NCBI GenBank assembly: GCA_015057635.1
Contig: SVEB01000050.1
Span: 5,682 to 69,681 of the forward strand
Direction: 5' to 3'
DNA: 64,000 nucleotides
Origin: Lachnospiraceae bacterium
Lineage (GTDB): Bacteria; Bacillota; Clostridia; Lachnospirales; Lachnospiraceae
The translations under genes were made by a program, and so were the position numbers. Shown here piece after piece: positions 9,652 to 19,569 of the stretch (positions within the stretch are counted from its first letter, which is position 1; the number at the start of each line of letters is the position of its first letter). The notes beneath the pieces are model-generated. The model was not told the origin of the DNA and searched no databases. It was given only the letters and a program-made list of their open reading frames with translations.

Positions 9652-10212
9652 ATGTCAGAAGTAAAATCAAACATTGCAAATCCAGCTCCATTAGGATTAT
9701 TAGGTTTTGGTATGACTACTTGCTTATTAAATCTTCATAATGCAGAAATCATTCCACTTTCCATCGTAATCGTAGCTATGGGCTTCGCTTTAGGCGGTGC
9801 TGCACAGATCATCGCTGGTATTATGGAATTTATTAAAGGCAATACATTCGGAGCAACTGCTTTCACAGCATACGGCTTCTTCTGGTGGTCTTTAATCTTA
9901 ATCTGGATGAACCCATTCGCTAACATCACTGCAAGTGACAGCAAGAGCATGGGCTTCTACCTTTTATTATGGGGTATCTTCACAGCTTTCATGTTCATCG
10001 GTACATTAAAGCATAACATCATCTCTATGGTGGTATTCGGTTCCCTTACTGTTTTATTCTTCTTATTAGCAATCGCAAACTTCAGTGGTTCTGTTATGGT
10101 TCACACTGTTGCTGGCTACGTTGGTATCTTCTGCGGTTTATCTGCTATCTACAATGCAGTAGGTCAGATCCTCAACGCAGAATTCAAGAAGAAAGTGTTC
10201 CCATTCTTCTAG
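9652..10212 (+). CDS. satP: GPR1/FUN34/YaaH family acetate uptake transporter
   Basis: ANPAPLGLLGFGMTT signature, GNTFGATAFTAYG, six TM segments; GGAGG RBS. Confidence 0.93.
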   Translation: MSEVKSNIANPAPLGLLGFGMTTCLLNLHNAEIIPLSIVIVAMGFALGGAAQIIAGIMEFIKGNTFGATAFTAYGFFWWSLILIWMNPFANITASDSKSMGFYLLLWGIFTAFMFIGTLKHNIISMVVFGSLTVLFFLLAIANFSGSVMVHTVAGYVGIFCGLSAIYNAVGQILNAEFKKKVFPFF

Positions 10213-10239
10213 AAGACGGATGGTACGTGCAGACGGATC

Positions 10240-10499
10240 GAAATAGCCCGAGATGTATGCGGTAATACAGCCGCATACCATGCCGACGTGCTTTGCACAA
10301 TTTCTTTTCGGATGTTCGGACACATAAGCAAATAAAAGAGCATAGGCTTCTTTGCCTATCAGACAGGAATTTACTGTCTGATAGGCGAAGAAGCCTATGC
10401 TCTTTTTGTTCGTTATAAGTCGGACACTCCGGAAAAAATCGCACAAGGCACGCCGGCATGATATGCGGCTGTATTACCTTGCGTATTCCGGCCCATTTC
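10240..10499. repeat. Long palindromic intergenic element, copy A (REPIN/MITE-like)
   Basis: Arms ggtaatacagccgcata (10261) ... tatgcggctgtattacc (10478); core ctatcagacag(10356-10366)-gaattta-ctgtctgatag(10374-10384). Confidence 0.9.
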
Positions 10500-10646
10500 C
10501 TGTATGGCGAGAATGCTGTATCCAAAAGCAAATCCAATGAACAGATACGTAAGGACAAGACGAATAATCAAACAAACAGGTATAAAATCAACATAGCTAA
10601 TCAAGTACGATACCAATATGCAAAGAAATAAAGATGAAACAAACGT

Positions 10647-13379
10647 TTAAGCGTCCTGCTGCTCGTCTAGTATAGAGATAAGGGAATCGTACTCGTAGTG
10701 GTCGAGAGCGGATGTAAGGCGGGATAGAAATGACGCCTCGGCCGAAGGATAGGTGAAACGGGCAAGATCGGTTAGATACGCCTGAAGAAGGGCGTAGTCT
10801 TTTTCCACGCAGGCTTTTTTCAGACTTAGATAGGTGACGGATGAGATATGGGATTCTTTCCTTTCAGGCAATGGACAGGTTTCTTTTAGGTAGGTTTTCA
10901 GAATTGCCTCTAATGATTCCTGGTTCACTGGCTTTAATAGATACGCACAAAAGCCGGATGCATCGGTGAGTTGCTGGGCTTCAGAACGTTCTAGCGCAGT
11001 CATTAGAATGACCGGAGTGGTTCTGTTCTTGGTCTGGGAATCCGTCTGAATCTGATTTAGGGTTTCTTCTCCATTCAATCCCGGCATTAAGTGATCCATA
11101 AATATTAAGTCATAGGCTTCCTGTCTGGCATGCTTGATGGCTTCCTCTCCGCTTTGCACCGTCTCCACTTTTAGCCCATATCGAGCTAAAAATCCGGCAG
11201 CCACATGCAGATTGAGCGGATTGTCATCTACTACCAGTATGTGCCTTTCCATGCATGCATTATGCACTTCACCCTTTTGCGAAACCTTAACGATCTCCTC
11301 TTTTGTCTTTCTGCCGTATAAGATTGAAGACAATTCCATCTGAAGATCAGGCAGATAAATTTCACGGCATGGATAACACCGATGCCCTTTCTTCTCATCA
11401 CATTCCAAGATCATATATATCTTTTCTTTAGCCGGATACAGGTTGGGATTCTCATTTTTCTGCATGAACAGTTTTCTTCTGATAAATACCTTATCATACT
11501 GTCCGTAATAATTTTCCGGAAAGGATGGAAGGATCTCGCATTCCGCATTATAAAACAGGAAAATAGCACGAATGGTTTCCGCTATTCTAGGATCGTTCTC
11601 AATTACAAGAACTGACTCCTCACATTCCTTTTTTTCTCCGTAAATTTCTGTCTTTCCCGCTGTTTTTTGTGGAAGATAGATGGTGAACTTCGTTCCGGTC
11701 CCATAGATGCTTTCTACACCGATCCTGCCTCCCATCAATTCAGTGAGATTCTTCGAGATGGAAAGTCCCAATCCGGTCCCTTTGATATGTCGGTTCTTAA
11801 CCGAATCGACCTGACTGAATACCCCAAAGATATGCTCACAGTCTTCTTTCCGAATACCGATTCCGCTATCTTCTATTTCAATCTTTAATTCTACCATTCC
11901 ATCATCTGTCTTTCCCGTAATCATCAGACTGATAAAACCCTGATTGGTAAACTTCACTGCATTTCCAAGCACATTGATCAGAATCTGGCGTATCCGCACA
12001 TCGTCTCCAATTAAAACATCCGGAATATTTCGATCTACATATACAAGAAAATGGATTGGCTTGCTGCTAAGGCGGATGCTGATCATATGAACTACATCAT
12101 TTATCAAAGTGGAGAAAGAATACTCCGCCTGTACGATTTTAAACATTCCGGCTTCAATCTTAGTGAAATCAAGAATATCATTGATGATCTCCAGCAATCC
12201 TTTTCCTGCACGATTGATACTGCTTACATCCTCTTTTGCCTCACTTGAGAGCGGACTCGTTAACAGCATCTCACTCATCCCAATTATTGCATTCATCGGA
12301 GTACGGATCTCATGACTCATATTCGCTAAGAAAGCACTCTTTGCTTCATTGGCACGTATTGCTTCCATACGGCTTTCATTCAATTCCTCAATAATCTTTA
12401 GCTTATCCGTCATATCCGTAATGATGATCATTTTTCCTAATGGCTGTTTATACCGATCATAGATTATGCTGATGCTTAAGTCACATTTTGCCCCATTGAT
12501 CTTGCATTCCGCTTCTTTTCCCCCTTGATTCTCATCAAAGTAAAATAAGTCCTCTAACTTCTTCTTTGCAATCTGATCGGATGGCATATCAAAAAACTCC
12601 GTTGCACTTGTATTGCAGATCTCAATTTCCCCTTCCTCTGTTAATAGAAGAATTGGTATCTTTACAACGGAATAAATATATTCCGATACATTTCGAACTG
12701 TAATCCTGGAAGCATAATAATGGCCTGACCCAAGATATAAAAACAAAGTGCAGCAAAATTGATCCAATCCACTCCTGCAAATTATAATACTTTCTCCCTT
12801 TACCTCCAGATAATCACCTACCATAGCAGCGATCAGCATACCGATTGCTAACAAACAAGAGATTCCCATCTGCCTTTCTCTTTTCTTTTTTGCCCGCACG
12901 ATTCCATGAATTGAAAGAATCAGCAAAATAAGAAGCATGCCGCAAAAATATATGGTGCAAACACGAAAACCAATTCCATCACGTTTTAAAAACATGGGAT
13001 TCGATGAATCACGATAAAAATAAAATCTATTTTCTGATACTACAAATGGATATGTCACCAGTCCCCCCAAAACAGCAATCCTTCTGATCAGTTTTTTTGT
13101 TCTCTCCTTTATCGGAACCCATTCTGTAAATGCAAGAGATACTGCACTCCAAAATATATAGACTCCGGTCCATAATACAGACTGAAAGAAATCACTTGAT
13201 TGATACGTACACCTTGCTAACACTATCAGCGAAAAGTTCCAAATGCTACTTGCCAGGCATAAAATACCCAAGTACCAGTTTGCTCCTATATTCTTTTCTT
13301 CACTTAAAAACATATGGATCGCGAATAGCATAGTGATCACTGCCATTCCATCCAGTACTAGCTCCTCTATCGAACTCAA
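10647..13379 (-). CDS. Hybrid sensor histidine kinase/response regulator (N-terminal multi-TM, PAS-like, HisKA, HATPase, REC)
   Basis: FLANMSHEIRTPMNAI, QILINVLGNAVKFT, EDSGIGI, GTGLGL, ILVVDDN...DLIFMDHLMP. Confidence 0.93.
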   Translation of the reverse strand: MSSIEELVLDGMAVITMLFAIHMFLSEEKNIGANWYLGILCLASSIWNFSLIVLARCTYQSSDFFQSVLWTGVYIFWSAVSLAFTEWVPIKERTKKLIRRIAVLGGLVTYPFVVSENRFYFYRDSSNPMFLKRDGIGFRVCTIYFCGMLLILLILSIHGIVRAKKKRERQMGISCLLAIGMLIAAMVGDYLEVKGESIIICRSGLDQFCCTLFLYLGSGHYYASRITVRNVSEYIYSVVKIPILLLTEEGEIEICNTSATEFFDMPSDQIAKKKLEDLFYFDENQGGKEAECKINGAKCDLSISIIYDRYKQPLGKMIIITDMTDKLKIIEELNESRMEAIRANEAKSAFLANMSHEIRTPMNAIIGMSEMLLTSPLSSEAKEDVSSINRAGKGLLEIINDILDFTKIEAGMFKIVQAEYSFSTLINDVVHMISIRLSSKPIHFLVYVDRNIPDVLIGDDVRIRQILINVLGNAVKFTNQGFISLMITGKTDDGMVELKIEIEDSGIGIRKEDCEHIFGVFSQVDSVKNRHIKGTGLGLSISKNLTELMGGRIGVESIYGTGTKFTIYLPQKTAGKTEIYGEKKECEESVLVIENDPRIAETIRAIFLFYNAECEILPSFPENYYGQYDKVFIRRKLFMQKNENPNLYPAKEKIYMILECDEKKGHRCYPCREIYLPDLQMELSSILYGRKTKEEIVKVSQKGEVHNACMERHILVVDDNPLNLHVAAGFLARYGLKVETVQSGEEAIKHARQEAYDLIFMDHLMPGLNGEETLNQIQTDSQTKNRTTPVILMTALERSEAQQLTDASGFCAYLLKPVNQESLEAILKTYLKETCPLPERKESHISSVTYLSLKKACVEKDYALLQAYLTDLARFTYPSAEASFLSRLTSALDHYEYDSLISILDEQQDA

Positions 13380-13400
13380 ATCATCACTCCCACTCTTTGC

Positions 13401-14759
13401 TTATAAATGTATGAAAACATGCACCAGCAAGTTTTCGATTGCAATCCAAAATGCTACTTTCCATCCGGGTTTCAGCTCTTCTTTTCTTCCTGCAAGCAGG
13501 TTGAGAATAATATATAGAAATATTCCATTGAGAGCACTTTTGCCTACATCATAAGATAGACCAATTGCAATAAATGTGTAGGCTGCAGAGACTGCTTCAA
13601 TCCTTTTATGCCAGTCAACCTCCCTAATAATTTTCGTAATCAGTATCCCGGAAACAACAAGTGCTGGTGCCATTACAAATGATTCACTTTTTTTAAAGAA
13701 GTCATGAAAAATCAGGCTGACACCAAAACATAATGCGGTCACAAGAGTGGACACCCCGGTTCTTCCTCCTGCTGTGGTACCCACCACACTTTCTGTATAG
13801 GCAGTCACGCTGGAGGTACCAGCACATCCACTGATGATGCTGCCAACCCCATTCACAAACACGCTTTTTTTTATACTGCTCGGATCAAAATTCATATCAT
13901 CCTGCTGTACAGGACGCAACACTGCTGTTATTGTAGCATTCGCATCAAAAAAATGAGTGACTGTCATTACAAACACCGAGATAATCAGGCTATGCACCGT
14001 CCCTATATTCTGAAACACTTCGGAAAAGTGTGGAAAATGAAATGCATTATTGCGAATCGCACCTAATGAAAACTCAGCTTTTGCAGCCATTTGCTCTAGC
14101 ATCTCTGTTGGAATATTGTGCTTTTTTAAAACAGATAACAAAATCCCCACTATCGCCGCTACAAGCAGGCTAATTGTGAGGGCACCTTTTCTATAAAACT
14201 TTCGAACAATTACATAAGCAAAAAAAGCTGTAAAAAGACCAATTGTCTGCCCAGTCAGGGAAATACCAAAAACATTATACCGCTCCAGGGATGAACTATG
14301 ATCAAATATGTAAGTAAAATGAATTCCTGATCTGAGTGCCCCCAGTCCAACCCCTGCAATAATTGCTTTCTTTATTCCATCGGGTACAATCCCCAATAAT
14401 TTTTTATACCAGCCCCCACATACAGCAGCAATAATAATAATTCCAGATAAATAGGTGGCAAGCAGTGCCATCTTCCATGAGCCGCCATACTCTAAATTTA
14501 CAATTATCACAAAGTAATAATTCATGCTAAGACCGGGTGCATATGCAATCGGAAGCTTTGTATAAAACGCACTGATTAACATTGTAAAAACAGAGGACAC
14601 TACCGTAGCGACCAGCACTCCGTCATATTCCATTCCACATCTGCTTAAAATAATTGGATTTACAACAAGAATATAGGCCATTGAAACAAATGTTGTGATT
14701 CCGGACATGATTTCTGTTTTTAAGTCTGTATTATGTAATTTCAAGTTAAAAAAATCCAT
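13401..14759 (-). CDS. NCS2/AzgA family permease (divergent)
   Basis: KTEIMSGITTFVSMAYILVVNP, YAPG, YTES...GGRTG; about 12 TM segments. Confidence 0.88.
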   Translation of the reverse strand: MDFFNLKLHNTDLKTEIMSGITTFVSMAYILVVNPIILSRCGMEYDGVLVATVVSSVFTMLISAFYTKLPIAYAPGLSMNYYFVIIVNLEYGGSWKMALLATYLSGIIIIAAVCGGWYKKLLGIVPDGIKKAIIAGVGLGALRSGIHFTYIFDHSSSLERYNVFGISLTGQTIGLFTAFFAYVIVRKFYRKGALTISLLVAAIVGILLSVLKKHNIPTEMLEQMAAKAEFSLGAIRNNAFHFPHFSEVFQNIGTVHSLIISVFVMTVTHFFDANATITAVLRPVQQDDMNFDPSSIKKSVFVNGVGSIISGCAGTSSVTAYTESVVGTTAGGRTGVSTLVTALCFGVSLIFHDFFKKSESFVMAPALVVSGILITKIIREVDWHKRIEAVSAAYTFIAIGLSYDVGKSALNGIFLYIILNLLAGRKEELKPGWKVAFWIAIENLLVHVFIHL

Positions 14760-14836
14760 AAGTCCGTTTCCTTTTCTCTTTCCCCGTAAAAGAAGAATAT
14801 AGTCTTTTCTTGCGGATAAATGTATAATTTTGGTAC

Positions 14837-14865
14837 ATTATAGCATTCTCAGGGGATTTTTTCAA
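14837..14865 (-). promoter_or_regulatory. Putative sigma-A promoter of the NCS2-kinase operon
   Basis: Minus strand TTGAAA-N17-TATAAT. Confidence 0.55.
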
Positions 14866-15198
14866 CATTAAAAGAGAGTTTTCCGACTTGCCCGCTTTCA
14901 GGCAAAACGAGGCCATTGAGCACCGGTCTGTCTTTTAATTCAGACTTCGCAGCTGATTTCCTCCCCTCAAGCTTTCCCTCCGCATTTCTCAGAGAATTTA
15001 AAATGAACAGGAAGTCAAGACTTTCCTGTTCATTAAAATCAACTACAAATTCTGAGTTAAACACTCATCACATCCTTGCAGATACAAATCAGCTTTTCTA
15101 TCGGTTCAGACATATATTTATCTTTATGATAGAAGTCCTTTGTGCAAAAACTGTTTTTCCAGCAGTCTATCCATTTCATTTAATCGCGATGACCGTTT

Positions 15199-16524
15199 CT
15201 AGCAGTTGCTTTTCTTTCCGATCAAAACTGCAACTCCTAATGTTACCGCTTCGGTAACCGGCATAACGAACCAGATTCCGGATGCTCCAAAAACTGCAGG
15301 CAGTATCATCATCAGAATAACACTTAAGATTAATCCGCGTAGCAGACAGATTGTAAGCGCCGGGATTGGCTTTACAATTGCCTGATAATAATTGCTTAAA
15401 AACATGTTAAGGGCACACCCGATAAAGGATACAAAATAAATACGGATGGCAGCCGGTGCTAATGCCATGATTTCATCGGTTGGATGGATAAAGACGCGCA
15501 CCACAGTCTCAGGCAATAAAAGACCAAGAAGTACAAAAAGCCCTCCAAGTATGGCTGCTGATACAAGCGCGATTCTCTTCACTTCCTTGACACGATCCAT
15601 CTTTTCTGCACCATAGTTCATTGTGATTAAAGGCTGTGCTGCCTGAGAAATACCATTTCCAAGAGACATCACAATAATCGCGGTATTGGCAATAATGCTG
15701 TATACCGTAACCCCAATATCCGCTAAGTAAATTAAAATCTGACGGTTGAATACAAATGTCACGATACCGTTTGCCATTTCAATTAAGAAGCTGGAAAGAC
15801 CATTCTGAAAGATTCGTCCAAGACTTCTAAAGGAAAATCCGTGTAGATCCACTTTAAGCGTATTCTGCTTGCAAAAGAAATGACTGCATAAAATCGTACA
15901 GGTAATAACAGAGCCTAACACGGTAGCAAAAGCTGCTCCTGCCATCCCCATTCTCATCGGGAATACAAAGATAAGATCCAGGATAATGTTTAAGATACCG
16001 CCTGTGATAACAGCTGTCATCGCCAGTTTCGGTGCATTATCATTACGAATAAATGCCTGCAAAAATGTAGAGAATACAAAGAACGGTGTTCCGATCATAA
16101 ACACTTTTGCATACTCCCTTAAAAGTCCCATTGTAGCATCCGTACCACCTAGAAGGGTAAGGACCTCATCAAAGTACATAATTCCCAGTCCATCATAAAT
16201 CAAAATCATCGCAATGCTTGCAAATAAAGCAGTTGTGAAGAATTCCTTTGTCTTCTTATGATCTCCTGCCCCTTTTGAGACAGCCATCATAACAGAACCG
16301 CCAACGCCAAATAACAGCCCGGTTCCAAAGAATATGGTAAATAACGGAAGAATTAAGTTTAATGCCGCAACCGCATTGGCCCCTAATCCTTTTCCTACAA
16401 TAATAGTATCTGCCAGTACATAGATTGATGTCACTAGCGTCGCACTGACAGACGGTACTAAGTACTTAAAGAACAATCCTCGTATCGGATCCTGTAATAA
16501 GTCAGGTTTTTTGCGTGTTTTCAT
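15199..16524 (-). CDS. MATE family efflux transporter
   Basis: YVLADTIIVGKGLG, AFIRNDNAP, NIILDLIFVFP...GAAFAT; about 12 TM segments. Confidence 0.93.
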   Translation of the reverse strand: MKTRKKPDLLQDPIRGLFFKYLVPSVSATLVTSIYVLADTIIVGKGLGANAVAALNLILPLFTIFFGTGLLFGVGGSVMMAVSKGAGDHKKTKEFFTTALFASIAMILIYDGLGIMYFDEVLTLLGGTDATMGLLREYAKVFMIGTPFFVFSTFLQAFIRNDNAPKLAMTAVITGGILNIILDLIFVFPMRMGMAGAAFATVLGSVITCTILCSHFFCKQNTLKVDLHGFSFRSLGRIFQNGLSSFLIEMANGIVTFVFNRQILIYLADIGVTVYSIIANTAIIVMSLGNGISQAAQPLITMNYGAEKMDRVKEVKRIALVSAAILGGLFVLLGLLLPETVVRVFIHPTDEIMALAPAAIRIYFVSFIGCALNMFLSNYYQAIVKPIPALTICLLRGLILSVILMMILPAVFGASGIWFVMPVTEAVTLGVAVLIGKKSNC

Positions 16525-16594
16525 TTTCTTTTCCTCAATCCCTTTTTATCATACTTCCCAAGATAAGTTTCTATTATTATCTCGGCTGTTGTAG

Positions 16595-16625
16595 ATTATA
16601 AACGTTAAAGTAACTTGAATGTCAA
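16595..16625 (-). promoter_or_regulatory. MerR-type promoter/operator of the MATE gene
   Basis: Minus strand TTGACA-N19-TATAAT; the 19-bp spacer holds the dyad TTAAAGT-A-ACTTGAA. Confidence 0.8.
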
Positions 16626-16669
16626 CAGTAAATGTCGTAATATAATAAAAAAAGAAGAAAGGCTTATTT

Positions 16670-17434
16670 ATGAAAGATCGTTTTAGCATACAGGAAATAT
16701 CCAAAATATTTGGTGTTCCGAAATCTACCCTCCGTTACTGGGATCAGGAAGGGCTGATTCATCTGGAACGCAATGAAGAAAATCATTACCGCGAATTCAG
16801 CATTATGACAATGTATGAAATCATCGATATAATAACTTACCGCGCTCTTCGGATGCCGATTGAAGATATCCGGAAAGTAGAAACCGGAACACCCGAATTT
16901 CTTCGTCATACTCTTGCCGAAAAAGAAAAAGAGCTGGACGATCAGATTGCCCAGCTTATTAAAACAAAAGAAAAAGTGAAACGGAAACAGGAACACTTTG
17001 AAGAATATATCTCCCTTCTTACACAACCTTACCAGATCAAAACGCCGGATACCGCTTGGCTGATGCCCTTTCATTTCCAAGATAAAAGCCACTGGGATGC
17101 CTGCATGAGTGATTCCTATCACTTCTCTTTATACTTTTCCCCTTGTTCCTACTCTCCGCTCTACGGCCTTGCCGTCATAAGGGAAGAAGATCAGAATTTA
17201 AGAAACCCAGAAGAACCATTGCTATGGAGTTCTGCTTCTTCCAAAAACGAATATCTTAGATGTCTTTTAAAGGTATCTTATGATGACCACAGCGTACATG
17301 ACCTTTCAAAGCATCATGACTATATCCGCACACAGCTTAACAAAACACCCGGCGTTACCATCGCAAGACACCTGTTTACAGCTTATGAGACCAAACGCTG
17401 TGATTATTACAAAGCATTTATAGAACTTCTATAA
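16670..17434 (+). CDS. MerR family transcriptional regulator
   Basis: SIQEISKIFGVPKSTLRYWDQEGLI...NHYREF; divergent from the MATE gene. Confidence 0.93.
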   Translation: MKDRFSIQEISKIFGVPKSTLRYWDQEGLIHLERNEENHYREFSIMTMYEIIDIITYRALRMPIEDIRKVETGTPEFLRHTLAEKEKELDDQIAQLIKTKEKVKRKQEHFEEYISLLTQPYQIKTPDTAWLMPFHFQDKSHWDACMSDSYHFSLYFSPCSYSPLYGLAVIREEDQNLRNPEEPLLWSSASSKNEYLRCLLKVSYDDHSVHDLSKHHDYIRTQLNKTPGVTIARHLFTAYETKRCDYYKAFIELL

Positions 17435-17525
17435 AACATTAACTGTCTCCAATCATTATGCTTGTTTTATAGCGTATAAGATTTACTGTCTTATCATACA
17501 AACTGCTTACTGCTTTTATGTCCCG

Positions 17526-18146
17526 TTACCGGTTCTTGTAATAAAAGATGGCAAGCTGCGTCCGGTCTCTTAAATTCAGCTTTTCTAATATGGTGCTCAG
17601 GTAATTCCGTACAGTTCCTTCACTTAAGTACATCTCTTCTGCGATTTCCTTATTGCTTAAGCCATCCGCTACCTTCTCTATGATCTCGCTTTCCTTTTCA
17701 TTAATATGAAAGCTTGCATAATCGACGGATGGCTTTTTTGCAATCATGTCCGGAAGCTTTGAAATAATCTCATCCCCGAAAACACTCTGGCCCATATTCA
17801 CCGCTCGTAGCGCAGGGATGATGCTTTCATAATCTTGTTTTAGCAGATAGCCTCTTGCCCCCATATGGAGCGCTTTTATTATGTATTCATTATCAGAAAA
17901 TGTCGTTAAGAACAAAATTTTAGCATCTTTATGCTTTTCAAATATTTTCTCCGCCGCTTCCAGCCCCGTCATATGTTTCATTCGGATATCCATCAGAAGA
18001 ATATCCGGTTTTTTCTCCTCGTAAAGCGTTACTGCATCCGCTCCATCATTTCCAATTCCTAAGACTTCTACATCCGGATCCATCTCCAGTATGATTTTTA
18101 ACGAAGTACATACAAGCCTGTCATCATCTACGATTAAAACTTTCAT
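17526..18146 (-). CDS. NarL/LuxR family response regulator
   Basis: VLIVDDD, DILLMDIRM, C-terminal GLSNKEIAEEMYLSEGTVRNYLSTILEKL. Confidence 0.95.
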   Translation of the reverse strand: MKVLIVDDDRLVCTSLKIILEMDPDVEVLGIGNDGADAVTLYEEKKPDILLMDIRMKHMTGLEAAEKIFEKHKDAKILFLTTFSDNEYIIKALHMGARGYLLKQDYESIIPALRAVNMGQSVFGDEIISKLPDMIAKKPSVDYASFHINEKESEIIEKVADGLSNKEIAEEMYLSEGTVRNYLSTILEKLNLRDRTQLAIFYYKNR

Positions 18147-18152
18147 ATTCCA

Positions 18153-19226
18153 TCACCCCTGTTCCTTCCTTTTCTTTGGTATCGAGATAAAGATACGATA
18201 CCCCTTGTCATTTGTAATATTGATCATACCGTCTAAGGCATCTACTCGTTCTCTCATATTGGAAATGCCCATCCCGCCGGATTCCGCTTTTTTAGCAGTC
18301 CCATTATCCTCTAGCAAAAGCTGATAGATTCCCGGATGTTCCCGAAGCACGATTTCCACCTTACTTGCATTGCTGTGGCGGATGATATTCGATAATCCTT
18401 CCTTTACGATAGCAAGAAAACAGTACTTCACATTGCGGTCCACATTCTTTCCCATATCATAGTCTAACGTAATCTCACAAAAGGTAAAAGACTCTGTCAG
18501 CTTTCTTACCTCCTGCTCTAAATCCACCGATTCATCATGCAGATTGTGCACGGATTTTCGTATGCTGTCCATTGCCTCATCCAGTGTATTCTTAAGCTCC
18601 GATAAGTAACCGCCCATTCCTTCCTCTTTATTCATTACTTTCAGTGCCCCTACCATCAAAATAGAACGGGAAATCATATGTCCCACATTATCATGGATCT
18701 CTCTTGCAATTCGGTTTCTCTCCTGTAAGGTTGCCGTATAGATATCATTATCCTGTTTCTCACATAATTCCTTGTTCTGGTGCTCTAACTGCATAGCAAG
18801 CTCTGCTCCGGAATCCCGTATCTGCCGGTTTTCCATTGAAAGCTTCTGTAACTTTGCAGTCTTATTTGCAAGTAATACAGAAAGAAGCAGGCCTATGACA
18901 ATCCATGCCCCTCCTGCCATGCTGCATCCATCCAGGTAAGGTATTAAGCAGGATAATGCCGCCGCCCCATAGATCCACTCCCGATAAAGCAGTGTGTCAT
19001 AAATAAGCAACGGAAGAAATGCTACGGCATCAGGCCTTAGAAACATCATGATCACACCGCCTAAAAGAGCCGCCTTCTGTCTATGGGAATGTTCAAAATA
19101 GGACTGCAGACAGGCTGAAATAAAAGCGATGCATAAAATCACAACGCCTGCTTCCATATCCCATTTGCCGGCGAACAAAAGAATGCCCACAAGCAACAGA
19201 ATCCCTTTGTCTTTTATTGCTTCCAT
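18153..19226 (-). CDS. HisKA_3 sensor histidine kinase
   Basis: ERNRIAREIHDNVGH, EGLSNIIRHS, DNG, GMGISNMRERV. Confidence 0.94.
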   Translation of the reverse strand: MEAIKDKGILLLVGILLFAGKWDMEAGVVILCIAFISACLQSYFEHSHRQKAALLGGVIMMFLRPDAVAFLPLLIYDTLLYREWIYGAAALSCLIPYLDGCSMAGGAWIVIGLLLSVLLANKTAKLQKLSMENRQIRDSGAELAMQLEHQNKELCEKQDNDIYTATLQERNRIAREIHDNVGHMISRSILMVGALKVMNKEEGMGGYLSELKNTLDEAMDSIRKSVHNLHDESVDLEQEVRKLTESFTFCEITLDYDMGKNVDRNVKYCFLAIVKEGLSNIIRHSNASKVEIVLREHPGIYQLLLEDNGTAKKAESGGMGISNMRERVDALDGMINITNDKGYRIFISIPKKRKEQG

Positions 19227-19432
19227 ACATGCCTCCTCTGCTCTGCTTCCAGAATTTTAACAATTCCTCTTTCTTTATTATAACCATTTTATCCCTGTCA
19301 TGTCCATTTCTTTTCCATATCCAAACCGGATAATCAAAGGCAAATCACTTAAAATCCTATCTTCTATTCACTCCTTCCATCTAAGCCATTGTTTCTGTCT
19401 TCACCTATATGTTGCTTCTTTCATACAAACAA

Positions 19433-19497
19433 ATGACATTTGTCATCTTGATTCATGAGCCCTGACACTTACCTGCAAAAAATGAAATGGATATAAT
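19433..19497 (+). promoter_or_regulatory. Response-regulator operator and -10 box of the ABC operon
   Basis: Perfect palindrome ATGACA-TT-TGTCAT (19433-19446), degenerate second site ATGAGC-CC-TGACAC 22 bp downstream, TATAAT at 19492-19497, no good -35. Confidence 0.65.
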
Positions 19498-19569
19498 GGC
19501 ATTAGAAAGAAACGAAAAGACATCATGGGAATGAAAAATAGAAAGAATCAGAAAGGAAGGATTTTAAGC

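Noticed and set aside
10138-10616. ORFs 10138-10446, 10184-10558 and 10413-10616, plus 28028-28390, 28150-28371, 60214-60396 and 60252-60437
   Set aside because: They run through the palindromic elements or biased flanks, lack RBS or family motifs, and are best explained as chance frames.
14760-14836. Purine riboswitch ahead of the NCS2 permease
   Set aside because: The CCGTAAA motif is on the wrong strand and the leader is too short; only a weak hairpin is present.
14849-15112. 71-aa ORF 14849-15064, possibly frameshifted from an upstream MSEPIEK... start
   Set aside because: No recognisable family, no clear RBS, and it overlaps the NCS2 promoter; cannot be supported without a homology search.
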